The translations under genes were made by a program, and so were the position numbers. From Macrostomum lignano (Eukaryota), in contig NIVC01004326.1 of the NCBI GenBank assembly GCA_002269645.1, positions 1 to 50,455 of the forward strand: a stretch of 50,455 bases of DNA. The letters run 5' to 3'. The notes beneath the pieces were generated by a model. The model was not told the DNA's origin. It worked only from the letters and a program-made list of their open reading frames with translations, and did no database searches. Below are positions 49,201 to 50,455 of this stretch, piece by piece (within the stretch, counting starts at the first letter, position 1; each line of letters begins with the position of its first letter).

Positions 49201-50455
49201 TGGCTTCTAAGGATGTGGTTGTGATGGCTTCTACGGATGTGGTTGTGATGGCTTCTAAGGATGTGGTTGTGATGGCTTCTAAGGATGTGTTGTGATGGCT
49301 TCTAAGGGATGTGGTTGTGATGGCTTCTAAGGATGTGGTTGTGATGGCTTCTAAGGATGTGGTTGTGATGGCTTCTAAGGATGTGGTTGTGATGGCTTCT
49401 ACGGATGTGGTTGTGATGGCTTCTAAGGATGTGGTTGTGATGGCTTCTACGGATGTGTTGTGATGGCTTCTAAGGATGTGGTTGTGATGGCTTCTACGGA
49501 TGTGGTTGTGATGGCTTCTAAGGGATGTGGTTGTGATGGCTTCTACGGATGTGGTTGTGATGGCTTCTAAGGGATGTGGTTGTGATGGCTTCTAAGGGAT
49601 GTGGTTGTGATGGCTTCTAAGGATGTGGTTGTGATGGCTTCTAAGGGATGTGGTTGTGATGGCTTCTAAGGATGTGGTTGTGATGGCTTCTAAGGATGTG
49701 GTTGTGATGGCTTCTACGGATGTGGTTGTGATGGCTTCTACGGATGTGTTTGTGATGGCTTCTAAGGGATGTGGTTGTGATGGCTTCTAAGGGATGTGGT
49801 TGTGATGGCTTCTACGGATGTGGTTGTGATGGCTTCTAAGGGATGTGGTTGTGATGGCTTCTAAGGATGTGGTTGTGATGGCTTCTAAGGGATGTGGTTG
49901 TGATGGCTTCTACGGATGTGGTTGTGATGGCTTCTAAGGGATGTGGTTGTGATGGCTTCTACGGATGTGGTTGTGATGGCTTCTACGGATGTGGTTGTGA
50001 TGGCTTCTACGGATGTGGTTGTGATGGCTTCTAAGGATGTGGTTGTGATGGCTTCTAGGATGTGGTTGTGATGGCTTCTACGGATGTGGTTGTGATGGCT
50101 TCTAAGGATGTGGTTGTGATGGCTTCTAAGGATGGCTGGTTGTGTGATGCTTCTAAGGGATATGGTTGTGATGGCTTCTACGGATGGGTTGTGATGGTGT
50201 CAGAGGACGTGGTTGTGATGGCTTCTACGGATGTGGTTGTGGTGTCAGAGGACGTGGTTGTGATGGCTTCTACGGATGTGGTTGTGGTGTCAGAGGACGT
50301 GGTTGTGATGGCTTCTACGGATGTGGTTGTGGTGTCAGAGGACGTGGTTGTGATGGCTTCTACGGATGTGGTTGTGGTGTCAGAGGACGTGGTTGTGATG
50401 GCTTCTACGGATGTGGTTGTGGTGTCAGAGGACGTGTTGTGATGGCTTCTACGGA
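28283..50455. repeat. Giant 24-bp tandem array (GGATATGGTTGTGATGGCTTCTAA), about 920 units, runs off the right edge
   Basis: Period 24 (5 units per 120 nt). A/G dimorphism GATAT/GATGT; 22-, 23- and 25-bp indel variants; degenerate units at 28283-28390; 45-bp composite unit after about 50206. Confidence 0.99.

Noticed and set aside
28333-50442. (DMVVMASK)n ORFs up to 1077 aa
   Set aside because: A 24-bp unit leaves one frame open by chance. The array is broken by many 22-, 23- and 25-bp units, shows no synonymous variation pattern, and lies antisense in a probable intron.
28390-50455. CRISPR array or yeast-like telomeric tract (TACGGATGT resembles Candida-type repeats; G-rich strand)
   Set aside because: There are no unique spacers or cas genes and the context is eukaryotic and spliced. 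The array is flanked by its own degenerate units, and the telomere resemblance is limited to a short motif in a minority variant.

Overview
Eukaryotic (probably invertebrate) genomic window with GC-rich exons in AT-rich, minisatellite-laden introns; this is reminiscent of the flatworm Macrostomum, which is inference only. About half the window is tandem repeat, and the long repetitive ORFs in the track are artefacts. Four genes can be reconstructed by hand. (1) The last exon of a small CTD-phosphatase-like gene (3639-3812, +), preceded by a >=3.5 kb 20-bp array. (2) A complete 7-exon DDX46/Prp5 DEAD-box splicing helicase (1141 aa, +) whose 17-nt ATG exon is present twice in a tandem duplication. 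(3) Two paralogous three-helix membrane-protein exons (23471-23836, 25176-25499, +) that can splice in frame across an internal TAG. (4) A four-EF-hand calmodulin-like gene (-) whose upstream intron appears to hold a >=22 kb 24-bp satellite. The introns also contain several MITEs, two CORE-type SINEs, a 2.2 kb solo-LTR-like element with an antisense promoter signature, and five smaller minisatellites, several touching splice sites or a stop codon. All coordinates were counted by eye and no database search was run.
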